In this document: positions 9,607-18,777 of the stretch, piece after piece
Position numbering within the stretch: the first letter of the stretch is position 1
Layout: every line of letters begins with the position of its first letter
DNA from: Dehalococcoidia bacterium
GTDB taxonomy: Bacteria > Chloroflexota > Dehalococcoidia > Plut-88900
DNA length: 64,000 nucleotides
Direction of reading: 5' to 3'
Assembly: GCA_965197645.1 (NCBI GenBank)
Contig: OZ240219.1
Location: forward strand, 2,720,001-2,784,000
Program-made: the position numbers and the translations under genes
The notes under the pieces: generated by a model
The model's database searches: none
Told to the model about the DNA's origin: nothing
The model's input: the letters and a program-made list of their open reading frames with translations, nothing else

Positions 9607-10427
9607 GCCCAAGCCTGCTGCTTCTAAACCTCAAGACAAACCGGACCGGCCTTGTGGGGTGGGCCCTCTTCCTCGGTGCTTACGCGCTGTTCGTGGTCTA
9701 TCTGTATCCATCGATAGACGACGCGTCGTATCTCGTGGACCAGCTCCGAGGCCTGCCCTTGGAGGTCCAGACGGCCATCGGGCTGGGCGAGGAGACCCTG
9801 GAAACGGTGTTTCCCCAGGGAGAGTTCTCGTTCTACGGCGCCATGGCCACCCAGTACCTGGTCTGGTGGCCGGTGTTTGTGGGCATATACGCCATCCTGT
9901 TCGGCTCGGCGGCAGTGGCGGGAGACGTCGAATCGGGCGTAACCAACATTCTCCTCTGCCAGCCGTTGCGGCGATACAAGATCCTGCTATCCAAGACCTG
10001 GGCGTTCATGCTAGTCCTGTCGGTGCTCGGCGTCATCTCCTGGAGCGCAGTTATGGCGGCGGCGGTGGTCAATGACATAGACGTGTGCGCGGCCAAAATG
10101 GCGATAGCCCATGCCGTCGGCATGTTGCTGGTGCTGGCGATTTTCAGCTACTCAGTGATGGCCTCCTCGATTTTCGGTCGGGCTCGCAGCGCGTTGGGAA
10201 TGGCAGCCCTGGTCACCTTTGCTTTCTATATGATCAATTTAATGGCCCCCACCTTCGGCGAAGCCGGTTGGCTGCAAAACGGGTCATTGTTCTACTTCTA
10301 CCAGCCCTTCCGGCTGCTCACCGATGCGGAAGTCAACTGGGTGGGGATAGCCGCCTACGGCGGGATAGTCATCGGGTGCCACGTTGTCGCCCTGTACGCC
10401 TTCCAGAGGCGAGACCTGGTCAGATAG
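9603..10427 (+). CDS. ABC-2-type transporter permease
   Basis: About 6 TM segments, AGDVESG..LL..PL.R..ILLSK motif, 4-nt overlap with the ATPase gene. Confidence 0.87.
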   Translation: MSPSLLLLNLKTNRTGLVGWALFLGAYALFVVYLYPSIDDASYLVDQLRGLPLEVQTAIGLGEETLETVFPQGEFSFYGAMATQYLVWWPVFVGIYAILFGSAAVAGDVESGVTNILLCQPLRRYKILLSKTWAFMLVLSVLGVISWSAVMAAAVVNDIDVCAAKMAIAHAVGMLLVLAIFSYSVMASSIFGRARSALGMAALVTFAFYMINLMAPTFGEAGWLQNGSLFYFYQPFRLLTDAEVNWVGIAAYGGIVIGCHVVALYAFQRRDLVR

Positions 10428-10442
10428 CCGCCGTCCAAAATC

Positions 10443-10471
10443 TTGACCGGCCCACCCTGTAAAGCTATGCT
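10443..10471 (+). promoter_or_regulatory. Sigma70-type promoter of tRNA-Pro
   Basis: TTGACC-N17-TATGCT, 9 nt upstream of the tRNA. Confidence 0.65.
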
Positions 10472-10480
10472 TTGAAGGCG

Positions 10481-10557
10481 CGGGGCGTAGCGCAGTCCGG
10501 TAGCGCGCCACGTTTGGGACGTGGAGGTCCCGGGTTCGAATCCCGGCGCCCCGACCA
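10481..10557 (+). tRNA. tRNA-Pro(UGG)
   Basis: Acceptor stem CGGGGCG/CGCCCCG, anticodon arm CCACG-TTTGGGA-CGTGG, T-loop GTTCGAATC, encoded CCA. Confidence 0.97.
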
Positions 10558-10627
10558 GACACTCTTAATGTTACCTTCGAACCGGGCCGGTTCACGCATC
10601 TAGACATCGATACGGGAGGTGGTATGG

Positions 10628-10768
10628 ATGCTCAATCTGATCGGTAAGCTCTTCGCCGTCATCGGACTCCTCACCGTGCTGGGGCTGGCCGCCGTCGCTG
10701 TGGTGGTCGCCCTGCTGTGGTGGCAGGACAGGCAGTGGCAGGAACGCACCGAATACAACGATGAGTAG
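10628..10768 (+). CDS. Small single-pass membrane protein (46 aa)
   Basis: Below the ORF-track cutoff. RBS GGGAGGT, then MLNLIGKLFAVIGLLTVLGLAAVAVVVALLWWQDRQWQERTEYNDE*. The stop abuts the next start codon. Confidence 0.75.
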   Translation: MLNLIGKLFAVIGLLTVLGLAAVAVVVALLWWQDRQWQERTEYNDE

Positions 10769-12037
10769 GTGACTATGACTCAATCTAATGACGGCTCCGT
10801 GATCACCATCCGTGCAAAGAGAGTAATCGATGGGCTGGGTGGAAAGCCTCGAGAAGGCTCGGCCGTGCTTGTTCAGGGCAGCCGCATCGAGGACATAGTC
10901 GGTATCGGAGAGGCCCCCGCTGCAACGGTTCACGACTATTCGGACTGCACGGTGTTGCCCGGCCTCATCGACTGCCACACCCACACCAACATGCCGGGCA
11001 ACGGGCGGACGGGCGAAGACGTGGACGGAGAGTCGGACAAGATGCGTCTTGCCCGGGCTCGAGAGAACATCCGCGCGGCGTTGGAAACGGGCTGTACGAC
11101 TCTCTGCGACAATGGCGCCTGGAACCGGACCGGGTTTGACCTCAAACGGGAGGTCCAGGAAGGTACGATAACCGGCGCCGACGTTCTGGTGTGCGGCAAT
11201 CCGATAACCATCATGCGGGGTCACTGCTGGTTCATGGGAGGCGAGGTGGAAGGGGTCGATGGGGCCAGAGAGAAGGCCAGATACTTCCTGGACCAGGGCG
11301 CCGATTTCCTGAAGACCATGACCACCGGCGGCAGCACCCTGGGGACCAAGCCCTACGCCGCAGCCTTCAGGCCGGAGCAGCTCGAGGCCATAGTGGAGGA
11401 GGCGGGAAAGCGGGACAGGTATACGGTAGGTCATGCTCGCTGCAAGGCTGGCATCTCGATGGCTACCGATGCAGGTTTCAACATGATCGCTCACTGCGTG
11501 TTCGCCGACCCAGACGAGAAGTACAACTTCGATCCGGAGCTGGGACAGAGGATGGCCGACAAAGGGGTGTGGAACAACCCAACCCTCCACATCTGGCGGT
11601 CCCGGGTCGTCGAGCTGAAGGCTATAGCCGAAACACGAGAGCTCGACGCCGCGGAGCTGGAGCAGATCGAACAGGGCGAGAGAGCCTTCCGGGAGAGGAC
11701 CGACGAATGCGGCCGGCTCCTGGAGATGGGAGTGGGGTTCGTAGCCGGGTCGGACTGCGGCTGGGGAGTCTATCCCTTCGAGCACGCGGTTGCGTGGGAA
11801 GCGGACGCTCTCGTAACCGCCGGACTCACTCCGATGCAGGCCATTTTGGCCTCAACCAGCGATGCGGCTAAGGCCATCAGGATCTCCCGGCGGGTTGGAA
11901 GCCTGGCGCGGGACAAGCAGGCGGATATGCTGGTCGTGCAGGGCGACCCGTCGGAGGATATCGGCGCCCTTAGAAACGTGGTGCAGGTCTACAAGGCCGG
12001 CAGGCCCGTACTGGACCCTGCCACCGCTAGCTCTTGA
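10769..12037 (+). CDS. Amidohydrolase family protein (imidazolonepropionase/prolidase-like)
   Basis: PGLIDCHTH, GADFLK, GHA, AHC, AGSDCG, GSL...K.AD. The start may be ATG at 10775. Confidence 0.9.
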   Translation: MTMTQSNDGSVITIRAKRVIDGLGGKPREGSAVLVQGSRIEDIVGIGEAPAATVHDYSDCTVLPGLIDCHTHTNMPGNGRTGEDVDGESDKMRLARARENIRAALETGCTTLCDNGAWNRTGFDLKREVQEGTITGADVLVCGNPITIMRGHCWFMGGEVEGVDGAREKARYFLDQGADFLKTMTTGGSTLGTKPYAAAFRPEQLEAIVEEAGKRDRYTVGHARCKAGISMATDAGFNMIAHCVFADPDEKYNFDPELGQRMADKGVWNNPTLHIWRSRVVELKAIAETRELDAAELEQIEQGERAFRERTDECGRLLEMGVGFVAGSDCGWGVYPFEHAVAWEADALVTAGLTPMQAILASTSDAAKAIRISRRVGSLARDKQADMLVVQGDPSEDIGALRNVVQVYKAGRPVLDPATASS

Positions 12038-13190
12038 GGCTGGATACAGCCCCGGCTATCGTCTCCAACTCCTCTTCCGTGTTGAAAAAGTCGGTTGCGA
12101 ACCGGACGCAACCCAGCTCTGTCACGGCCCGTGCGACGATGTTGTGCTCAGTCCACAGCCGCTCGACGGCGGGTCCGCACTCGACCCCATCGAGCCTGAT
12201 GGATGTCAGACCGGTGACGGCCGGCCCTTCTTCCGGTGTCAGCAGCGAGACGCCGGGTATCTCCGTAAGCCTGGCCTTCAGTTGACCCGCCAGCTCCTTG
12301 TTTCGGGCTTCGATATCCGCCATGCCGACCTCTTCGATGAACCCGATGGTCTCGTTGAACCCCACGATCACCGGGGTACTGGTGGTGGTCAGCCCGTACT
12401 TGTCCGTCGAATCCGAATCGGGGGTCAGTGCCAACGGCTGCTCTTCCGAGTCCACGGCGTAGTATCCGACCTGGGCGGGCTCGATCAGTGGCACCAGGTC
12501 CCGCCGGATGTAGACGGCGCCTGCACCATCGGGCCCCAGCAGCCACTTGTGGCAGGGTATCGAGTAGAACTCCACTCCCAGCGAGGGTAGATCAAGCTCG
12601 ATGTGGCCCGGGGTCTGAGCGCCGTCCAGCAGCATGTAGATGCCCCGTCCCTCGGTGAGTCGCCGAAGTTCTGGGACCGGCATGCGAAGCCCGTTGGAGT
12701 ACTGGATATGGCTGAACACCAGCATGCGGGTCCGGGAGGTCAGCTTCTTCTCCACGTTGCTGACGATGTCATCCCAGCTGTCGTCGTGGCTCAGGGAGAC
12801 CACCCTCACCTTGACGCCTTTGCGCCGCTGCAGGTACAGGCAGGGGATCATCACAGAGCTGTGCTCGATATCGAAGGTGATGATCTCGTCGCCCTCTTCC
12901 CAGGGGAAGCCGTTGAGCACGATGTTGAGGCCCTCGGTGGTGTTCTGGGTCAGCCCGATCTCCTCTGCGGTCGCATTGAGGAGCCGTGCGATGGACTGCT
13001 TGGCCCGGTCTTTGATCTCGTGGGAGCTCTCCAGTACCGGTTGGCTGGTGGGGCCGTTGTAGCTTTCGTATTCCAGCCGCTCTCTTATCGCTTCGACCAC
13101 CGGTGTGGGAGTCGGACCGGACCATCCGGTGTTCACATAGGTCATTCTCTGACAGGTGGGGATCTGCTCTCTGAGGCGCGCTATGTCCAT
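12027..13190 (-). CDS. Class V PLP-dependent enzyme (cysteine desulfurase/isopenicillin-N epimerase-like)
   Basis: NTTEGLN, EHSS, LDGAQ, CHKWLLGP (PLP lysine). Confidence 0.9.
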   Translation of the reverse strand: MDIARLREQIPTCQRMTYVNTGWSGPTPTPVVEAIRERLEYESYNGPTSQPVLESSHEIKDRAKQSIARLLNATAEEIGLTQNTTEGLNIVLNGFPWEEGDEIITFDIEHSSVMIPCLYLQRRKGVKVRVVSLSHDDSWDDIVSNVEKKLTSRTRMLVFSHIQYSNGLRMPVPELRRLTEGRGIYMLLDGAQTPGHIELDLPSLGVEFYSIPCHKWLLGPDGAGAVYIRRDLVPLIEPAQVGYYAVDSEEQPLALTPDSDSTDKYGLTTTSTPVIVGFNETIGFIEEVGMADIEARNKELAGQLKARLTEIPGVSLLTPEEGPAVTGLTSIRLDGVECGPAVERLWTEHNIVARAVTELGCVRFATDFFNTEEELETIAGAVSSLKS

Positions 13191-13236
13191 TGGATACTCC
13201 TGATAGGTGGGGAAATTGGGGCGAGTATACCACAGG

Positions 13237-13599
13237 CTATTCCGGGACCACCGCCCTACCGTACCTGTCCTCCAGCCGGACTATATCGTCCTCTTCCAGG
13301 TAGTCGCCAAGCTGGACTTCGATGATCACCAAGGGGGAACCACCATCGTTTTCAATCCTATGCACCGCTCCCCTGGGAACTTCAACGGTGGCGCCAGGTA
13401 CAAGGTCGATGGCCCGTTTGTCAGCGATCGCTCTACCGCTTCCACCAACTACCGTCCAGTGTTCATGCCTGTGCTGATGGTACTGGAGAGAGAGCGCTTC
13501 TCCGGGGGCCACGGTCAGCTTCTTTACCTGGTAACCCGGGCCTGAACCCAGTATCTGATAGACGCCCCAGGGACAGGATACCGGCTCTGATTCTGACAT
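13237..13599 (-). CDS. Stand-alone cupin similar to the phosphomannose isomerase type II C-terminal domain
   Basis: PWG.Y, LSLQYHQHRHEHW, HRIEN, IIEVQLGDYLEEDDIVRLED.YGR. Confidence 0.9.
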   Translation of the reverse strand: MSESEPVSCPWGVYQILGSGPGYQVKKLTVAPGEALSLQYHQHRHEHWTVVGGSGRAIADKRAIDLVPGATVEVPRGAVHRIENDGGSPLVIIEVQLGDYLEEDDIVRLEDRYGRAVVPE

Positions 13600-13666
13600 C
13601 TCCACTCCAATGAGACCAGCTTGGATTCCAGCGATCTTCAATTATGCGGTCGGCACGTTGGCAAGT

Positions 13667-14842
13667 CTACCGGTCCAGGCTCCTAAGCCCACGGGGATAG
13701 TCCGTCAACACCTCGGACCCGTCCTTGGTGACCAGGACCATGTCCACGGTATTGAAACCTCCCACGCCCGGCGCGGAGATACCCGGCTCCATGGAAGTGA
13801 TCATTCCCTCCTGCAACACCGTATCGTTGTAAGACCTCAGCTCGCCCATCTTCTCCCTGCCCCACCACGGTCCCATCAGGCCGAAGGAGTGGCCGGTCCC
13901 CATGCCTTTGCTGCCGCCGTAACCGGCATCTTCGAAGTGCTTGGTGGTCAGCTTATCGATGTCCGAGAACTTCACCCCCGGCTTGATCGCCTCTAGGGCC
14001 CTGTTGACCGCCTCCTGCTGCACCTCGTTGGGCCGTTTCATCTCCTCGGGGATATCACCCAGAAAGTAGCTGCGACCCAGGGTACTGAAGTACCCCATGA
14101 TTACGGGACAGGCCGTTACACCGGCCCGTTTCCCTCGCTCGATCCGTGTCGAGCTTGGTCCTGCATGCCCCCAGTCGCGACCCGAGCCTGCCCGGCAGTA
14201 GAAGGGATAGGGTTGGAACTCGAAGTCGGGGAAGCGTCTGGCGAACTCGGTCCCCGAAGCCTCGATCATTGCCCTGGCTACGTCGATCTCGGTGGCGCCA
14301 ACCTGAATCGCTTCCTCGGCGGCCCTAACGCTGATTACGCACAGCTCCGCGCCATGCCTCGATAGGTCGATCTCCTCCTGTGACTTGACAAGCCTCTGGC
14401 GTTCTATCTGGTCCGAGACGTCCACCAGCGTAAACGCGGGCAGAGCTTTGCTCAGGGCTTCAAACATGAACACGGGCATCCAGTCGGCCTCGATGCCTAT
14501 CTTCCCGCCTCCTATGCCCCGCTCGGCCAGCACGTCTTTCATCATCCGCACACAGCCGTTCAGCGGGGTCTCATAATCGTTGTAGTCGCGAACATCGGCT
14601 ATCCAGGTGAAGTCCTTGACCCGCCCGACCTCGGTGTTGGCGGTAATCATCGCCGGCTCTTCGTTCAGCGGCAGTACGGCAGCCACGAAACGGCCGTTGG
14701 GCTCGGCGAAGAAGAACCCTCCCAGGTAGACCAGGTTATGGACCGAGGTCACGATGGTACAGGCTACCCCTTCCCGGTCCATCGTCTCCTTAAGCTCCGC
14801 TACTCTCCTCTGCATCTCCTGATCGCTGAATATCCTGGGCAT
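13667..14842 (-). CDS. Creatinase-like M24 family hydrolase
   Basis: FS..EM.RR N-terminus, TS.HN..Y, RLVKS.EEI, GHSFG, SMEP. The metal ligands of aminopeptidases are absent. Confidence 0.8.
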   Translation of the reverse strand: MPRIFSDQEMQRRVAELKETMDREGVACTIVTSVHNLVYLGGFFFAEPNGRFVAAVLPLNEEPAMITANTEVGRVKDFTWIADVRDYNDYETPLNGCVRMMKDVLAERGIGGGKIGIEADWMPVFMFEALSKALPAFTLVDVSDQIERQRLVKSQEEIDLSRHGAELCVISVRAAEEAIQVGATEIDVARAMIEASGTEFARRFPDFEFQPYPFYCRAGSGRDWGHAGPSSTRIERGKRAGVTACPVIMGYFSTLGRSYFLGDIPEEMKRPNEVQQEAVNRALEAIKPGVKFSDIDKLTTKHFEDAGYGGSKGMGTGHSFGLMGPWWGREKMGELRSYNDTVLQEGMITSMEPGISAPGVGGFNTVDMVLVTKDGSEVLTDYPRGLRSLDR

Positions 14843-15020
14843 GCTGTGCTCCTACGGGTGTTCATACACATTCACTGAGATTGAACGGTATCGCTTGAAT
14901 CACTTTCGAACGGGCCAATGGGAAAGGGAACTGCCAAGCGTAGTTTAGGTATCGCCTTCGGCTAAATCAAGCTGTGGGGCATGTATACTGTGCGCGGCCC
15001 ATTCGGCCAGGAGGAGCAGA

Positions 15021-15683
15021 TTGAAAATCGATATAGATGCCGTGGACCATTTACTCACAACCACCAGAGGTGTTCGTAAACGGATCGACTGGGACAGACC
15101 CGTGGAGCCGGAGGTCATCGAGAAGTGTATAGGGATCTCCATGCAATCTCCCGTTGGTTCCCTGGCCCAGAAGCGGCACTTCATCGTGGTTACCGATCCC
15201 GAGAAACGCAGGCAGGTGGGCGACGTCTATCGCAAGGCCTGCTATCCATACCTGGAGGAGAGGAAGAAGCTGGCGGCTGGGCTGCAGGACGAGTCCGAGG
15301 CGAAGCTCATCAGCCAAAATCTGGTCCTGGCGGAGTATCAGGCCGACCGCATGCACGACCACCCGGTGCTGTTCATCCTGGCGCTGGACGGGCGGGTAGA
15401 GAATGACGAGCCGTCGATCCAGGCGGGGTTCTACGGTTCGATCCTCCCGGCGGCTTGGTCGCTGATGCTGGCCCTCCGGTCTCGAGGCATCGGTTCCTGT
15501 TGGACGACCCTTCACCTGGTCCACGAGGCAGATGCGGTCGAGGCCCTGGGGATTCCGGAGGATATTACGCAGGTGGCGTTGATCTCGGCCGGCTACTACA
15601 CGGGCGAGGACTTCAAGCCTGCCAAACGATTGCCTGCCAAAGAGCAGATACATTGGGACCGATGGGGCCGCCACGAGCCGTAA
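15021..15683 (+). CDS. Nitroreductase family protein
   Basis: LLTTTRGVRKR, SILPAAWSLMLALRSRGIGSCWTT. TTG start with RBS AGGAGGAG. Confidence 0.9.
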   Translation: MKIDIDAVDHLLTTTRGVRKRIDWDRPVEPEVIEKCIGISMQSPVGSLAQKRHFIVVTDPEKRRQVGDVYRKACYPYLEERKKLAAGLQDESEAKLISQNLVLAEYQADRMHDHPVLFILALDGRVENDEPSIQAGFYGSILPAAWSLMLALRSRGIGSCWTTLHLVHEADAVEALGIPEDITQVALISAGYYTGEDFKPAKRLPAKEQIHWDRWGRHEP

Positions 15684-15826
15684 GGGCTTGTATCAAAAGC
15701 ACGTATGCTTTTGTCCCAGCCGCCCGCCCTCGGACGATTTGGTAATTGGGGGAACGTCCCCCAAGCCCCCTGCCAGAGGGAAGTCTCCCTTTGGACTCCC
15801 TAGACGGAGAGTTCTGAGACAAGCTC
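15684..15826. mobile_element. MITE/REP-like element, copy 1
   Basis: Imperfect 15-bp terminal inverted repeats GGGCTTGTATCAAAA / TTCTGAGACAAGCTC. Internal GGGGGAACGTCCCCC hairpin and a CCAGAGGG..CCCTTTGG stem. Similar to 17704-17876. Confidence 0.6.
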
Positions 15827-15843
15827 GTAAGCGCAGCTATCCC

Positions 15844-17559
15844 CTAGGTCTCGGTCTTGCGACGCTCGGAAGCCCTCAGATCGTCGGGATTGGGGCCCTG
15901 ATCAATTACCACGTCCACCACCGCGGGTTTCCCTGAAGCAACCGCCTCGCGTAAGGCGTCTGGCAGGTCTCTGGAATCCGTGACCTGGACTCCGTAGGCG
16001 CCCATGCCGCGGGCCATCTGCCCATGGTCGACCTGGATGAACTCGGAGGCGATGAGCCTGTCCGACTGGTGGTGCCGGACCATCCCCAGCCCCGAGTCGT
16101 TCAGCACTACGTAGACCACCGGTAGGTCGTACTGGAGAGCGGTGTTGATGGCGTGCACCGACATCATGAACCCGCCATCGCCGGTGACGCCTATGACAGG
16201 TCGGTCCGGATTGGCGAGCTTGATCCCCAGGGCTGCAGGCAAGCTCCATCCCATTCCCGCCAGTCCGCCGGGGCAGAAGAAGGTGTTCGCGCGCTGGGAC
16301 TGGTACAGGTGACACATCCACACCCGGTTGTTGCCAGCGTCCAGGGTGAACATGGTGGAGGGATCGACCGACTCCTGCATGGCCCGAACGAGCCGCTGGG
16401 GAAGCACCGGCGACGACTCCTGGGTAAGCTCCGGGTCGGCGTAGTAGGCAGCTCCTCGCTTCTTCTCCTGCAGGGCCCCTACACGAGCACTCACGTCCAC
16501 CGGCGATTGAGACAGCGCGTCTCCCGACGCATCGATTATCTGGCCCAGAATCTCCCTGGCATTCCCGATAAGTCCAACATCGATGGGGAAGGTCCAGCCG
16601 GCGTTACGTTCCTCGATGTCGATCTGGATAATGGTCTGCCGCTTGGGATCGAAGACGCCGGGGTTCTCGCCGACGGTGTCCTGTGTGGAGAGCTTAGCGC
16701 CCACTATCAGCAGCAGATCGGCCTCACCTACCACCTGGTTGGCCGCGTTCTGACCGAACACTCCCACCATGCCCAACGCCTGGGCATGGGTCTCGGCGAT
16801 GGCGCTCTTTCCCTTGTAGGAGGTGGCCACGCCCATGCCGTACATTTCGGCCAGATCCTGCACCTGGGAATGGGCCTTGGACAGATGCACGCCATTGCCT
16901 GCAATCAGCACCGGGCTCTTCGCCGACGCCAGCATCCCGACCACCTTCTCGATATCCTCCGGCCGGGCCACCGGGGGCGCCGTATTCAGATAGCCCCGCG
17001 TGGGGTGGATGAAGGGTGGAGACTCCAGGTCTACGTCGCCGATGAAGGAGGCGGTGCGCATGAGGACGGCAGCCGGCCCGGGTCTTCCGCTGGTAGCGTG
17101 CTTGATCGCCAGCTGGGTGCCGAGGGCAGCCTCCTTGGGATTAGCGGCCAGGGTCGTGTACTTGGTCATCGAGCGCAGGATGCTCAGCAGATCGATGCTG
17201 CCGTACTCTCCGACTCCCGATTGGTTGGCCGGATGCTGGCCCATCATCCAGTCGCTGGTATCGGTCAGCACGATCATCGGGGAGCTGCTGGCGAAAGCCT
17301 CCATGATACCGAAGGAGGCGTTGGACCCTATAAACACCCCCTGGCCCATCACCACGGCCGGTTTGCCCGTGGCCCTACCGTAAGCATCCGCCATGATGGC
17401 GGCGGCCTGCTCGTGTCGGGCCAGGACCGCCTTGACATTCTTGGACTTATCGAACAGCGCGTCGTAGATCTGTCCGGTGGAGCCGCCGGGAATACCGAAC
17501 ACGTACTCGACACCGGCCTCTTCCAGGATATCGGCGATTACGTGGCTGGAGTCCGCCAT
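15844..17559 (-). CDS. Thiamine-diphosphate-dependent enzyme (acetolactate synthase large subunit-like)
   Basis: VFGIPGG, RHEQAA..MADAYGRATG, GDGGF..(N24)..ND TPP motif. Confidence 0.93.
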   Translation of the reverse strand: MADSSHVIADILEEAGVEYVFGIPGGSTGQIYDALFDKSKNVKAVLARHEQAAAIMADAYGRATGKPAVVMGQGVFIGSNASFGIMEAFASSSPMIVLTDTSDWMMGQHPANQSGVGEYGSIDLLSILRSMTKYTTLAANPKEAALGTQLAIKHATSGRPGPAAVLMRTASFIGDVDLESPPFIHPTRGYLNTAPPVARPEDIEKVVGMLASAKSPVLIAGNGVHLSKAHSQVQDLAEMYGMGVATSYKGKSAIAETHAQALGMVGVFGQNAANQVVGEADLLLIVGAKLSTQDTVGENPGVFDPKRQTIIQIDIEERNAGWTFPIDVGLIGNAREILGQIIDASGDALSQSPVDVSARVGALQEKKRGAAYYADPELTQESSPVLPQRLVRAMQESVDPSTMFTLDAGNNRVWMCHLYQSQRANTFFCPGGLAGMGWSLPAALGIKLANPDRPVIGVTGDGGFMMSVHAINTALQYDLPVVYVVLNDSGLGMVRHHQSDRLIASEFIQVDHGQMARGMGAYGVQVTDSRDLPDALREAVASGKPAVVDVVIDQGPNPDDLRASERRKTET

Positions 17560-17703
17560 ATCATCCTCCTACATACTGCAGCAAATCGAAACTTGCCATC
17601 TTATGTCAACGTGAGTGTCATCTGCCAGGGAAACCTGTCAATCCTAGCACGAGCAGGCCCGGTGAGAGAACAGGCTGGAGCACATCTCTTCAAGGTGCTA
17701 TCT

Positions 17704-17876
17704 GACCTTGCCCAAAAAGTTGGAACGTCTCAGTCCCAACCATCCACCCTCAGACGGTTTTTGTGGGGGACACATCCCACATACCCCCCGGTTGGAAACG
17801 GAGATTCTGACGTTAGTAATCGGTTGCATAACCGAACTCAGGCCGTCCTTAGGAAGAAAAACCCTCTGGACTCCCT
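17704..17876. repeat. Degenerate MITE/REP-like element, copy 2
   Basis: Colinear with 15684: GTCCCAACCATCCACCCTCAGACGGTTT versus GTCCCAGCCGCCCGCCCTCGGACGATTT at the same offset (29 nt). A GGGGGA..CCC..CCCCC block and CCCTCTGGACTCCCT follow. Confidence 0.55.
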
Positions 17877-17967
17877 CAACGCCGGCCCACCCCAGTCATC
17901 TTGGCGTCTTGACACCCAGCTTAGTCGGGCATACGCTCAGTTCCACAACTCTCCTTGGGAGGTCCCC

Positions 17968-18777
17968 ATGGCACAAACATACTCCAGCGACAATAAATTC
18001 CTAGTTTCCCTCGGATTCGACGTGGATGGGGTCACCTGGTGGGTGGAAAGCCCCGAGCACATGCGCCGGCCCTCCCTGGTATCGATGAGCGAGTACGGTA
18101 CCAGGGCCGCCGTGCCCAGAATCCTCTCGGTGCTGGACGAGTACGACATCAAGGCCAGCTTCTACATTCCGGGCTACATCGTCGACAACTACGAAGAGAT
18201 GACCAGGGATATCTTCAGGGCCGGCCACGAGATCGGTCACCATGGCTACAACCACGAGTCCCCCTCGGGCCTGGACCGGGAGACTGAGCTGGACGTGCTC
18301 AAACGGGGCATCGCCAGCATCGAGAGGGTCACAGGCGAGAGACCCCAGGGCTACCGGGCCCCTTCATGGGAGCTCAGCGAAAACACCCTGCCTTTGCTGG
18401 CTTCCCTGGGGTTCAGGTACGACAGCAGCATGATGGATGAGGACATGCCCTACGAGCTGGACACCGACTCGGGCAAGCTGTTGGAGATGCCCATAACCTG
18501 GATCCTGGACGATTTCCCCTTCCTAGGTTACATACCCGGTGCAACCGATGCCTCGACCATGGCAAGCCCCGATCAGGTCTACAACGTCTGGGCCAGCGAG
18601 TTCGAAGGCGCCTACAGGTTCACCGGGTACTTCGTCTTGACCATGCATCCCCAGGTGATAGGACGGCCCGGCAGAATGCTGATGCTGGAGCGCCTGATCA
18701 AGCATATGCGCTCTTTTCCCCACGTGGAGTTTGTGAGAAGCATCGATCTGCTAGAGGCCTGGCAGGCTAGACGCTAG
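17968..18777 (+). CDS. Polysaccharide deacetylase family protein (PuuE/HpPgdA-like)
   Basis: True start is the ATG at 17968 after GGGAGG. FDVD, HEIGHHGYNH, GYRAPSW, YDSS, TMHPQVIGRP. Confidence 0.92.
   Translation: MAQTYSSDNKFLVSLGFDVDGVTWWVESPEHMRRPSLVSMSEYGTRAAVPRILSVLDEYDIKASFYIPGYIVDNYEEMTRDIFRAGHEIGHHGYNHESPSGLDRETELDVLKRGIASIERVTGERPQGYRAPSWELSENTLPLLASLGFRYDSSMMDEDMPYELDTDSGKLLEMPITWILDDFPFLGYIPGATDASTMASPDQVYNVWASEFEGAYRFTGYFVLTMHPQVIGRPGRMLMLERLIKHMRSFPHVEFVRSIDLLEAWQARR

Noticed and set aside
16153-17967. N-terminal ~600 aa of the 874-aa track ORF
   Set aside because: It is an antisense shadow of the TPP enzyme plus intergenic DNA. Only the part from ATG 17968 (deacetylase) has an RBS and recognisable motifs.
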